Part shown: piece by piece, positions 20,040-28,782 of the stretch | How the letters are laid out: each line of letters begins with the position of its first letter | How positions within the stretch are numbered: position 1 is the first letter of the stretch | Assembly: GCA_022776445.1 (NCBI GenBank) | Contig: JALFHZ010000236.1 | Location: 11,266 to 75,265, forward strand | Direction of reading: 5' to 3' | Length of the DNA stretch: 64,000 nucleotides | From: Lachnospiraceae bacterium | Lineage (GTDB): Bacteria > Bacillota > Clostridia > Lachnospirales > Lachnospiraceae | Notes under the pieces: generated by a model | Told to the model about the DNA's origin: nothing | What the model saw: only the letters and a program-made list of their open reading frames with translations | Databases searched by the model: none | Made by a program: the position numbers and the translations under genes

Positions 20040-20537
20040 CTACAGTGTAATGGTGAAAATACCAGCCGGAAGTACGATCTTGAATCCGTAACGGAACAGG
20101 AAGAATACTACCAGAGTAAAGATCACGTCAATGATTGCCAGTTTGATAATGTCTTTCTTGCCTCTCGCATCATCCGGCGAAAGCACCAGCATCTGCAGCA
20201 GCAGGAATACCAGAGTCGAAAGGATAAAGCCGACCGGCTGCATCGCAAATACATAAACCAGAACCAGGATGACACTGGAAAGCACACGCTTGTAATCACA
20301 GTCCGGAAGTGAATCCGGATCAATGGAAGCTGCTTTCATTTTAAAGTTTTTCACACTCAGGAATGTCAGGATCGCTGCCAGAATCAAGGTAATCACACCA
20401 ATTACCATAGGCATGAAGTCCGGTCCGATTTCCATAACTTTGGACTTAGGAAGCATCTTTGCCATAGCGATCAGCACTACTGATAAGATCATGAAAAATA
20501 CGCCTACCACGATGTCCCCGTACTTTTTGAAGAACAT
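20040..20537 (-). CDS. tctB: TTT small subunit TctB (copy 1)
   Basis: Paralogue of 16642-17139; ATG 20537 chosen from AGGAGA spacing. Confidence 0.9.
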   Translation of the reverse strand: MFFKKYGDIVVGVFFMILSVVLIAMAKMLPKSKVMEIGPDFMPMVIGVITLILAAILTFLSVKNFKMKAASIDPDSLPDCDYKRVLSSVILVLVYVFAMQPVGFILSTLVFLLLQMLVLSPDDARGKKDIIKLAIIDVIFTLVVFFLFRYGFKIVLPAGIFTITL

Positions 20538-20599
20538 ACCCACATCTCCTTTTCCTATACCTTATTACCATTTTCTGAATGGCCGTTTCTTATGTATTT

Positions 20600-20634
20600 A
20601 ATTTAACACATTTCTTATTATAAGTAAAATTAAT
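20600..20634 (-). promoter_or_regulatory. tctB1 promoter (TTTACT-17-TAAATT, extended -10) with shared ATTAAT element
   Basis: AGTAAAATTAAT at 20623-20634 matches the gudD and garD promoters. Confidence 0.55.
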
Positions 20635-20666
20635 GATATTTAGATTAGACTTAATAATTTTACTTT

Positions 20667-22016
20667 TTATCGCACAAGAGCCGGCTTCTTGGAATCAAAC
20701 TTCCAGCTCGGGATCAGGTACTGCATTGCTTCCGCATCGTTGCGGTCATGGCTCGGAAGCTTATTGTACAGCGCATTTGCCTCCATCACCTTATCCATAT
20801 CAATGGTCACACCAAGACCCGGTTTCTTCGGAACCTGCAGATAGCCATCTACGATCTGAGGCGTATCCTTCAGCAGATTCTGACCATCCTGCCAGATCCA
20901 ATGCGTATCCAGTGCCGTCGGGTTGCCCGGAGCTGCCGCCGCTACATGTGCGAATGCAGTCAGGGTGATGTCAAAGTGATTGTTGGAGTGGCTGCCCCAG
21001 GTCAGACCCCAGTCGTTCAGAATCTGTGCCATACGGACGCTGCCGCCGAATCCCCAGAAATGCGGATCTGCCAGTACGATATCCACAGACTTCAGGGCTG
21101 CTGCGTGATAGAACTGTCTCCAGTCAGTTGCAATCATGTTGGTTGCCACCGGAAGATTGACTGCATTTTTAAACTCTGCCATAATCTCACGGCTGCTGAA
21201 TCCGGATTCCGGTCCGCACGGATCTTCGATATAGGTAAGAATACCTTCCATCGGCTTACAGATCTCAATTGCTTCTGTCAGACTCCACGCACCGTTCGGG
21301 TCAATATTGATGCGGCCGTTCGGGAACTGTTTCTTCAATGCTCTTACTGCTTCCATCTCCTCTGCTCCGCGCAGAACGCCGCCTTTCAGTTTGAAGTTGC
21401 GGAAGCCGTATTTTTCCTGCAGGACACATGCCTGCTCCACGATTCTCTCCGGGGTCAGCATCTCCTGACGACGCAGACGGAACCACGGGTCGCTGCTGCT
21501 GCTCTCATCCAGATAGCTGAGCGCCGGAGCTGCTTTTTCCTTATCGCTTACATAGAAAAGATAGCCCAGGGTCTCTACCTGATCTCTCTGCTTTCCGTCG
21601 CCCAGCATCTCGCACATCGGCAGATCCAGATACTGTCCCAGAAGATCCAGCAGTGCACACTCAATTGCCCACTCAGCTTTTACCACGAATTTCAGTTTGC
21701 TGATATCCAGGCTCTGGATTCCTTCTCCGTCATCCTCTGCGCTGCGGGTGGACGCTTTGTGGATGCTGTCCAGAATCGCACGATATTTGCCGACCGGCTG
21801 TCCGATAACCAGCGGAATGCAGCTCTTTAATGCATCACAGGTATAGTCACCACCATGGATCTCACCGATACCGGTATGTCCGGCATTGTCCTTCAGTATA
21901 ACCAGGTTTCTTGTAAAATACGGAGCATGTGCACCGCTCAGTGTCATCAGCATGCTGTCATATCCTGCTACCGGGATCACCTGCATCTCTGTTACAATCG
22001 GGGTTCCTTTTTCCAT
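20667..22016 (-). CDS. Glucarate dehydratase paralogue (GudD/GudX-like, altered substrate loop)
   Basis: Catalytic/metal motifs FKLKGG, DPNG, EDP, TNM and HSNNH are intact, but GEIHGG replaces GEVPGG and the TFDLR loop is replaced by QSLDISKLKF. Confidence 0.85.
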   Translation of the reverse strand: MEKGTPIVTEMQVIPVAGYDSMLMTLSGAHAPYFTRNLVILKDNAGHTGIGEIHGGDYTCDALKSCIPLVIGQPVGKYRAILDSIHKASTRSAEDDGEGIQSLDISKLKFVVKAEWAIECALLDLLGQYLDLPMCEMLGDGKQRDQVETLGYLFYVSDKEKAAPALSYLDESSSSDPWFRLRRQEMLTPERIVEQACVLQEKYGFRNFKLKGGVLRGAEEMEAVRALKKQFPNGRINIDPNGAWSLTEAIEICKPMEGILTYIEDPCGPESGFSSREIMAEFKNAVNLPVATNMIATDWRQFYHAAALKSVDIVLADPHFWGFGGSVRMAQILNDWGLTWGSHSNNHFDITLTAFAHVAAAAPGNPTALDTHWIWQDGQNLLKDTPQIVDGYLQVPKKPGLGVTIDMDKVMEANALYNKLPSHDRNDAEAMQYLIPSWKFDSKKPALVR

Positions 22017-22176
22017 CTCGTTTCCTCCTCTTCCTCATTTACTTCATTTGGGAAATCTGCTATAATTACTATGGTTTTACTATACGACAACTGATCAGAT
22101 TTATCCAATATTTAAAATTGATTCCGGTAATCACATCTGCTAATAATGCAATCGGATGTTTCAGGAGATGAACAGA

Positions 22177-23118
22177 ATGGATGTTAAATATTTAAAATAT
22201 ATTCTTGCAATCGCAGAGCGCAAAAACATGACAAAGGCAGCAGATGAACTGTTTGTATCACAGTCTTCCCTGAGCCAGTATCTGTCCCGTCTGGAGCAGG
22301 AGATCGGTACACCGCTGTTTTTCCGTACTAAAGGCGAGCTGACACTCACCCCTGCCGGAGAGCTTTATGTGGAAGCTGCCCGGAAGGTCGTCCGGATCCA
22401 GCACGATCTGTATCAGAATATTGCAAGTCTGGACCGGCGCGGCAAAATCAGCGTAGGTGTCACTTCCAATTTCGGTCTGCGCATGCTCGCGGAGATCGTA
22501 CCGCTGTTCAAGCAGACCTATCCGAAGGTAGCGATTGAGATTTCAGAAGTGGGGCTTCCCGCCCTGAAAAAAATGCTTTCCGATGAAATGATAGATCTTG
22601 GTATTGCTTCTGCTGTCAACACAGCTCCCTTTGATGACCAGGCGCACATTCTGCGCCGGGAAGAGGTATTCTTCGCCATTCCGAAGACGCACCCTTATAC
22701 GTTCAAAAACACAGGGGATTCCCTGACAATTGATGAGCTGGTAACGAATTTCCGCACAGACAATTTTCTTCTGTCCAAGCGGGGTTCTTCTCTTCGCGGA
22801 CTGTCCGATCAGGTGTTTGATTCCTGTGATTTTACACCCAGCGCTTTCTGCGAGACCAACAATATTACCGCAACCCGGAATATGGTCGCCAGCGGAGTTG
22901 GAGTCGCTTTTATTGCAGAATCCTGCTCCGTTAATCGGGATTGTATTCGCTACTACTCCCTTTCACCGGCGCTGTACCGGCTGAATGTCATTTTCACACG
23001 CAAAAACTGGGTACAGAACGGACCGGAGATTACTTTTTTCTCCTATCTGACCCATTACTTTGAGAAGCATACCGAGACTCCGTATCTGGCAGAAAATTAC
23101 ACAGGGAACTTCCATTAG
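22177..23118 (+). CDS. LysR-family regulator (first of second tandem pair)
   Basis: NMTKAADELFVSQSSLSQYLSRLEQEIG HTH; divergent from the gudD paralogue. Confidence 0.93.
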   Translation: MDVKYLKYILAIAERKNMTKAADELFVSQSSLSQYLSRLEQEIGTPLFFRTKGELTLTPAGELYVEAARKVVRIQHDLYQNIASLDRRGKISVGVTSNFGLRMLAEIVPLFKQTYPKVAIEISEVGLPALKKMLSDEMIDLGIASAVNTAPFDDQAHILRREEVFFAIPKTHPYTFKNTGDSLTIDELVTNFRTDNFLLSKRGSSLRGLSDQVFDSCDFTPSAFCETNNITATRNMVASGVGVAFIAESCSVNRDCIRYYSLSPALYRLNVIFTRKNWVQNGPEITFFSYLTHYFEKHTETPYLAENYTGNFH

Positions 23119-23160
23119 CAATAACTGCCGGTAGTGTTCGGTTCATACAGGAGACTGCTT

Positions 23161-24063
23161 ATGGATACCAAACAGATCGAATATATCATCAAAATATCAG
23201 AAGAAAACAACATTACGCATGCGGCAGAGAAACTGTTTATTACGCAGTCTGCGCTCAACCAGCAGCTTCTGAAGCTGGAAAAGGAGCTGGGCACTCCGCT
23301 GTTTCACCGTTCCCGCACCAACTGGCGTCTGACGGAAGCCGGTGAAGTGTATGTACAGAATGCCCGTGAGATTCTGAACATCAAAAAAAATACCTACGAC
23401 CGCATTCATGACATTGCGGAACACAAAAAGGGAGTTTTGAAAATCGGAATCACCCCCGGCCGCGGCATCGACATGTTCAGCGCTGTTTACCCTGCTTTCC
23501 ATAAGGATTACCCGGATATTCTGGTGGAGCCTGTAGAGAAAGGTGTCAGAGAGCTGCAGAACATGATCTCGGACGGACAGATCGATATCTCATTTCTGAC
23601 CTTAAGTCCGCAGGACCGCACCAATGACGAATATATTCCTCTGCTTGAGGAAGAGATTCTTCTGGTAATCCCCAAAGGGCACCCCCTTGGTGCTGAGGCT
23701 GCACCTCCCGGGCAGCCTTTTGCCATCATGGACCTCAGTAGGCTCATCTACGAACCTTTCGTCCTCATGAATAAGGGGTCTACCATGCGAAGCCTGTCTG
23801 ACAAAATCTTTGAGGAAGCCGGTTTCAAACCCAATATTCTGTTCGAAACACGGAACAACGTAACGGTCCTGACGATGATCCGCACCAATCTCTGCTGCGG
23901 TTTGATTCCGCACTACTACGTCAGGAGAGATTTTTCCGACATGGCCTGCTTTTCCCTGCCCGATCATCCACACTGGGAGGTCGCAGCCAGCTATAAAAAG
24001 GGCGGGTATCTCAGCCGACCGGCACGGGAATTTATTGAATTGGCGAAAAATTACTGGAGCTGA
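23161..24063 (+). CDS. LysR-family regulator (second of second tandem pair)
   Basis: NITHAAEKLFITQSALNQQLLKLEKELG; start MDTKQI with AGGAG RBS. Confidence 0.93.
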   Translation: MDTKQIEYIIKISEENNITHAAEKLFITQSALNQQLLKLEKELGTPLFHRSRTNWRLTEAGEVYVQNAREILNIKKNTYDRIHDIAEHKKGVLKIGITPGRGIDMFSAVYPAFHKDYPDILVEPVEKGVRELQNMISDGQIDISFLTLSPQDRTNDEYIPLLEEEILLVIPKGHPLGAEAAPPGQPFAIMDLSRLIYEPFVLMNKGSTMRSLSDKIFEEAGFKPNILFETRNNVTVLTMIRTNLCCGLIPHYYVRRDFSDMACFSLPDHPHWEVAASYKKGGYLSRPAREFIELAKNYWS

Positions 24064-24086
24064 ACCAACATATCAGAAATTAAAAC

Positions 24087-24135
24087 AGCCTCCGCAGCAT
24101 CCCCGAATCTTAAAATTCCGGGGACTGCAGAGGCT
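24087..24135. terminator. Terminator between convergent LysR and garD
   Basis: AGCCTC-CGCAG...CTGCA-GAGGCT imperfect hairpin followed by TTCTTT. Confidence 0.65.
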
Positions 24136-24188
24136 TTCTTTATTTCCCACATACAACACTCACCCATGTGTACGATTGCCGGACGTCA

Positions 24189-25706
24189 TCAGGTAATCGG
24201 TGCCGGGTTAAAGATGCACATGTCATTGTGGAATCCATACAGATCACTGTAAGGCTGTCTCACACCGCTCGCAACATCCAGAATCATATCAAAGATCTCC
24301 TGACCAACATCGGCGATCGTCTTCTCGCCGGTAGCCACATCACCTGCGGAAATATCAATCAGATCAAACCAGTGATTCTTCATTTCATTGCGGCTGCAGA
24401 CCTTGATAACCGGGCTGATATCCAGACCATACGGGGTTCCGCGTCCGGTCATGAATACCTGCAGGCCGATACCGCTTGCTACCTGACTCGGTCCGCACAC
24501 GATATCACTTGCCGGAGTTGCTGCATAGATCAAGCCATGTTTAGTCGGCTTCTGCGCCGGAGAAAGTACTTCCACGATCTGGCTTGTCCCGCTCTTCGCA
24601 ATGCTGCCCATTGCCTTCTCAACGATATTTGCAAGGCCGCCTGCCTTGTTGCCGGGGGTCGGGTTCGCATCTCTGCCCACACCGCCCTTGGCCAGATAGT
24701 CATCATACCATTTCATCTCTTCAGCCAGTCGATCACGGGTATGCGCATCCGGGCAGCGTGCTGCCAGCATATGTACGCCGTCACGCACCTCAGTCACTTC
24801 ACTGAACATTACCGTAGCGCCGCCGCGCACCAACATATCCGCTGCGTAACCTGCACTTGGGTTTGCAGAAATACCGGAGAACGCATCACTGCCGCCGCAC
24901 TGCATACCGATCAGCAGATCACTTAACGGAAGCTCTTCTCTGTGTCTCTGGTTCAGTTTTTGCAGCTTCTTCTCTGCCATCTCCATAATCGCGTTCATCA
25001 TGGCATCATGACCTGCATAATCCTGCAGCGTCAGAACATTCTCAGGCGTGATATCCTCCGGAGGGAGCACCCGGTCATAAGTCAGTTTCTCGCAGCCCAG
25101 ACCTACTACCATGATTTCCCCGCCAAAATTCGGATGGCGGATGATGTTGGTGATCGCACGAATCGGAATATAAGCCAACGGTGCATTGATGGCCACACCG
25201 CAGCCGTATGGATGCGTCACAGCTACCACGCCGTCCACATTCGGATACTTCGGAAGCAGCTCGTGTTTAATCCGGTCAACTGCTACTTTCAAAACGCCTG
25301 CCGCACACTGAACGGTCGTAACGATGCCCAGCAGATTTCTGGTTCCTGCTGGTCCTTCTGCATTCCGATATCCCATCCATGTGGTTCTCGTCGGCATCGG
25401 AAGCTCCTCGTTCGGCACCAGATTCGTACCATACTCCATATCATCAACAGATGGGCTCTCCGGAAGATCCAGCATGTGTTCGTTGATCCAGTCACCCTTT
25501 TTAATATCGTTGATTGCATACCCAAGTACCACACCATAACGGATGATCTCTCCACCTGCCGGAATATCGCACAGTGCAATCTTATGTGCCTGCGGAATAT
25601 CCTGATTGGCAGTCAGACCTTCCATGACTTCCGTTCCGGCTTTCAGATCCTGAACAGCAACAACTACATTATCCTGTTCTTTGATCTTTACGTATAAACG
25701 TGCCAT
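24189..25706 (-). CDS. garD: Galactarate dehydratase (UxaA/GarD family)
   Basis: SAF N-terminal domain (DNVVVA...HKIAL), GTRNLLG, H.YGCGVAINAP, VGLGCEKL, GMQCGGSDAFSG and NPTPGNKAGGL. Confidence 0.93.
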   Translation of the reverse strand: MARLYVKIKEQDNVVVAVQDLKAGTEVMEGLTANQDIPQAHKIALCDIPAGGEIIRYGVVLGYAINDIKKGDWINEHMLDLPESPSVDDMEYGTNLVPNEELPMPTRTTWMGYRNAEGPAGTRNLLGIVTTVQCAAGVLKVAVDRIKHELLPKYPNVDGVVAVTHPYGCGVAINAPLAYIPIRAITNIIRHPNFGGEIMVVGLGCEKLTYDRVLPPEDITPENVLTLQDYAGHDAMMNAIMEMAEKKLQKLNQRHREELPLSDLLIGMQCGGSDAFSGISANPSAGYAADMLVRGGATVMFSEVTEVRDGVHMLAARCPDAHTRDRLAEEMKWYDDYLAKGGVGRDANPTPGNKAGGLANIVEKAMGSIAKSGTSQIVEVLSPAQKPTKHGLIYAATPASDIVCGPSQVASGIGLQVFMTGRGTPYGLDISPVIKVCSRNEMKNHWFDLIDISAGDVATGEKTIADVGQEIFDMILDVASGVRQPYSDLYGFHNDMCIFNPAPIT

Positions 25707-25748
25707 AGAAATTCCTCCTTTTCCCTCGCTTTTCTCTTTTATATCCTT

Positions 25749-25783
25749 ATTATAATAGCCGCCTGTTAATTAGTAAAATTAAT
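25749..25783 (-). promoter_or_regulatory. garD promoter (TTTACT-17-TATAAT) with shared ATTAAT element
   Basis: AGTAAAATTAAT at 25772-25783, in the divergent garD/LysR intergenic region. Confidence 0.62.
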
Positions 25784-25876
25784 TATTTTTCTTAGAAACT
25801 AAGTGATATTAAGTATTGAAATCTGTCTGCACGGATTCTATACTATAGGTAATTACATGTTCCTCCGGAGGTTCTT

Positions 25877-26782
25877 ATGGATGTCAAACAGATTGAATAC
25901 ATTGTAAAAATAGCCGATGAGCACAGCATTACCCGTGCCGCAGAAAAACTGTTCATCACCCAGTCTGCCCTGAACCAGCAGCTTCTTCGTCTGGAAAAGG
26001 ATCTCGGCGCACCGTTGTTTTTCCGAAGCAAGATGGATATGCAGCCCACTCCTGTGGGACATGTTTATCTGGAATACGCACGGGAAATCTTGCGTCTCAG
26101 GCAGAAAGCCTACAACATCATCAGTGATATGGCCCAGACCCAGAAGGGGCATCTGTCCATGGGCTTCACACCGGGAAGAGGCATCGAAATGTTTACCCAT
26201 ATCTATCCCGCCTTTCATCAGGCATTTCCGGGTGTGATTATCGAGCCAAAAGAACTGAGCGTACATCGACAGCAGCAGATGATTGCCCGCGGTGACCTGG
26301 ATATCGGTTTTCTGACACTGAATACACGGCAGCGAACTTCGGATGAATATATTGTTCTCGGAAGTGAAGAGATCGTCATGGCGGTTCCTGCAATCCACCC
26401 GGTATCCCGCTATGCTACACCGGCAGGAGAACCGTTTGCGGTTCTGGATATTGCTATGCTCCGACACGAGCCGTTCGTCCTGATGTATAAGGAATCCACC
26501 ATCCGTTCCACCATCGATGATATCTTTCGCACCTCCGGCTTCGTGCCCAATGTCCTGTTTGAGACATCGAGCAACAGTGCAATCATCTCCATGATCCAGG
26601 CACGCCTGTGCTGCGGTGTGGTTCCATACTTCTACGTAAAAGATCATCCAAAAGATATCTGCTGTTTTTCCTTTGAAAATCATCCAACCTGGGATATTGC
26701 AGCATGTTATCGGAAGGATGCCTACCTAAGCCATGCTGCGCAATATCTGATTGAACTGGTACGTGATTTCTGGTTCGGATGA
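25877..26782 (+). CDS. LysR-family regulator
   Basis: SITRAAEKLFITQSALNQQLLRLEKDLG; close paralogue of 23161-24063 (TPGRGI.MF...YPAFH). Confidence 0.94.
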   Translation: MDVKQIEYIVKIADEHSITRAAEKLFITQSALNQQLLRLEKDLGAPLFFRSKMDMQPTPVGHVYLEYAREILRLRQKAYNIISDMAQTQKGHLSMGFTPGRGIEMFTHIYPAFHQAFPGVIIEPKELSVHRQQQMIARGDLDIGFLTLNTRQRTSDEYIVLGSEEIVMAVPAIHPVSRYATPAGEPFAVLDIAMLRHEPFVLMYKESTIRSTIDDIFRTSGFVPNVLFETSSNSAIISMIQARLCCGVVPYFYVKDHPKDICCFSFENHPTWDIAACYRKDAYLSHAAQYLIELVRDFWFG

Positions 26783-26807
26783 TCGCCTGTTTCCGGCAGA
26801 CTGCCGG

Positions 26808-27653
26808 TTATACCGCCTCGTACAGCTCTCTCATCTTCGCTCCGCAATACTCCGCATTTTCCGGCGTCGTATTTTCCAGAGTGCCGTAGATAAAGGGCTT
26901 TTCTTTTTTGATAAATTTCATGATCGGTGAGAAATCCATCTCTCCGGTACCTGCCCCGACTGCTTTCAGGCCATAACCTTCATTCACCCGGATAAAATCC
27001 TTGAAATGCACCATGGCAATGTCCGGTCCCAGAAGCTCCATAGCCTCTGCAAACACTTCCTCCCGGCGGTCCACATTATCCAGATCCAGCATATTCACCG
27101 GATCAAACAGCACCTGAAGATTGTGGGAACCGATCTCATCCAGCACGATACGTGCCCGTTTTGCGTTCCATACGATATGACGGGCTACCGGCTCAATTGC
27201 CAGAATTACACCGAACTGTTCCGCACAGCGCACCACCGGCTTCAGATTCCGGACAAACGTCATCAGCGCTTCCTCGGAACGGCATTCCGGGCAGAATTTA
27301 TACTCCGCATTCGGAGCACCTGTCTCGGTTCCGACCATGCCGCAGCCCAGCAGAGAAGCAAATCGGATATGTGCATAATATTTCTCCTGAGACTGGCGGA
27401 TTACCTCCGGATCCGGATGTGCCAGATTCAGATAATTGCCAAGCACTGCAATGTCCATCTCATTTTTTTCAAACAGATGCTTCAGATAATGTGCATAGCC
27501 CGGAGTCAGAGCAGATGGATCGCACGGATACTCTTTCATGGCCTTGCTGAGCGCCAGATGTGTGCAGGTATAACCTTTTTTCTTCACCACCGGAAGAAGC
27601 TCTTCCATCGGAAGCTTCTCTGCGTCATGAAGACGCAATCCCAACTGCAGCAT
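26808..27653 (-). CDS. Sugar phosphate isomerase/epimerase (xylose-isomerase-like TIM barrel)
   Basis: LAIEP, FDPVN, VHFKD, GTGEMDF and LEN metal-ligand pattern. Confidence 0.85.
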   Translation of the reverse strand: MLQLGLRLHDAEKLPMEELLPVVKKKGYTCTHLALSKAMKEYPCDPSALTPGYAHYLKHLFEKNEMDIAVLGNYLNLAHPDPEVIRQSQEKYYAHIRFASLLGCGMVGTETGAPNAEYKFCPECRSEEALMTFVRNLKPVVRCAEQFGVILAIEPVARHIVWNAKRARIVLDEIGSHNLQVLFDPVNMLDLDNVDRREEVFAEAMELLGPDIAMVHFKDFIRVNEGYGLKAVGAGTGEMDFSPIMKFIKKEKPFIYGTLENTTPENAEYCGAKMRELYEAV

Positions 27654-27656
27654 GCT

Positions 27657-28766
27657 TTATGCCTCCTTTTTTCTGCGGATCTGCTCGCTGACAGCCATCA
27701 TGCAGGCAGCCGTGCCATGCTGATTGTCCGTCATCCGTGCTTCGCTCACATAATATTCCGGCTTTCCGGTGCGGTCCTTCCGATTGTGGGGGTCAGGACC
27801 GGCCCCCAGGCCGGCGCTTGCGCAGATGCCATAGAGATGCCAGCCATCTGCTTCTTTCTTCAGATACGTATCCCTGATTCCGTCAATAATCTCACTGCCT
27901 TTGATTCCATACGCTCCCGGAAGCATTCCAAGACGCGCACCTTTCATCAGCGCGTAGGCAACCATCGCACTTCCGGAGGTTTCCGGATAGTTGCCCGGAA
28001 AACCCGGCAGATCAACCACCTGATAGAACATATGGGTCTCCGGATCCTGATACTCCAGAATGCCTTCCAGACCATTCTTGAAAAGCGGAACCAGTTCTTT
28101 TGCACGCGGTGTGCGTCCTTTCGCCAGTTCATAGACATCAGCCAGTGCCATCAGGTACCATCCCTCTGCCCTCAGCCATACGGACATGCTGCGTCCGGTC
28201 ACCGGATCTGCCCAGTCGGCCTTCCGGCTCACATCGCAGCCATGCACATACAGTTTCTTATCTTCACTCCACAGCAGACGGTGGGCGCTTTCAAACTGAT
28301 CCATGATATCATCCCAGCGATCCTCACCGTTTTCAACCAGCGACTGTGCATAGAACGGCATAGCCATATAAAGACCATCCAGCCACACCTGATTCGGATA
28401 GATATCCTTGTGCCAGAAATTGCCCGTTTCTGTGCGGGGATAATGCTCCAGAAATGCGTAAGCTTTCTTTACTGCCGCATCATAGCGCTCATCTCCCGTC
28501 AGGTTCCGCAGAATTCGCAGAGACTTGCCGAAGCTGACCTTATCAATATTATTTTCATTTTCTTTCCAGTTTGCAACAGAACCGTCCTCCAAAAGCAGCC
28601 ACCTGCTGTTGTCTGTAATATACCGGTTCCATTTTGCATCTCCGGTTGCATCGGCCAGATCGGATGCACCGATTACGCAGAGATCATCCTTGTAATTCCA
28701 GGGTTTATCATTGAGGAAATGCGGAAACGCCGTTTCCATATATTGAGAAAAATATTCCAACCACAT
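27657..28766 (-). CDS. GH105 unsaturated (rhamno)galacturonyl/glucuronyl hydrolase (YteR/YesR-like)
   Basis: WNY, GNFWHK, QVWLDGLYM, W.RA.GW and ETSGSAM; start at MWLEY with AGGAGG RBS; no signal peptide. Confidence 0.9.
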   Translation of the reverse strand: MWLEYFSQYMETAFPHFLNDKPWNYKDDLCVIGASDLADATGDAKWNRYITDNSRWLLLEDGSVANWKENENNIDKVSFGKSLRILRNLTGDERYDAAVKKAYAFLEHYPRTETGNFWHKDIYPNQVWLDGLYMAMPFYAQSLVENGEDRWDDIMDQFESAHRLLWSEDKKLYVHGCDVSRKADWADPVTGRSMSVWLRAEGWYLMALADVYELAKGRTPRAKELVPLFKNGLEGILEYQDPETHMFYQVVDLPGFPGNYPETSGSAMVAYALMKGARLGMLPGAYGIKGSEIIDGIRDTYLKKEADGWHLYGICASAGLGAGPDPHNRKDRTGKPEYYVSEARMTDNQHGTAACMMAVSEQIRRKKEA

Positions 28767-28782
28767 ATCGGTTTCCTCCTTG

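Noticed and set aside
15124-20537. Assembly duplication artefact for tctBA
   Set aside because: The copies differ at many synonymous and about 35 amino-acid positions and have different upstream regions.
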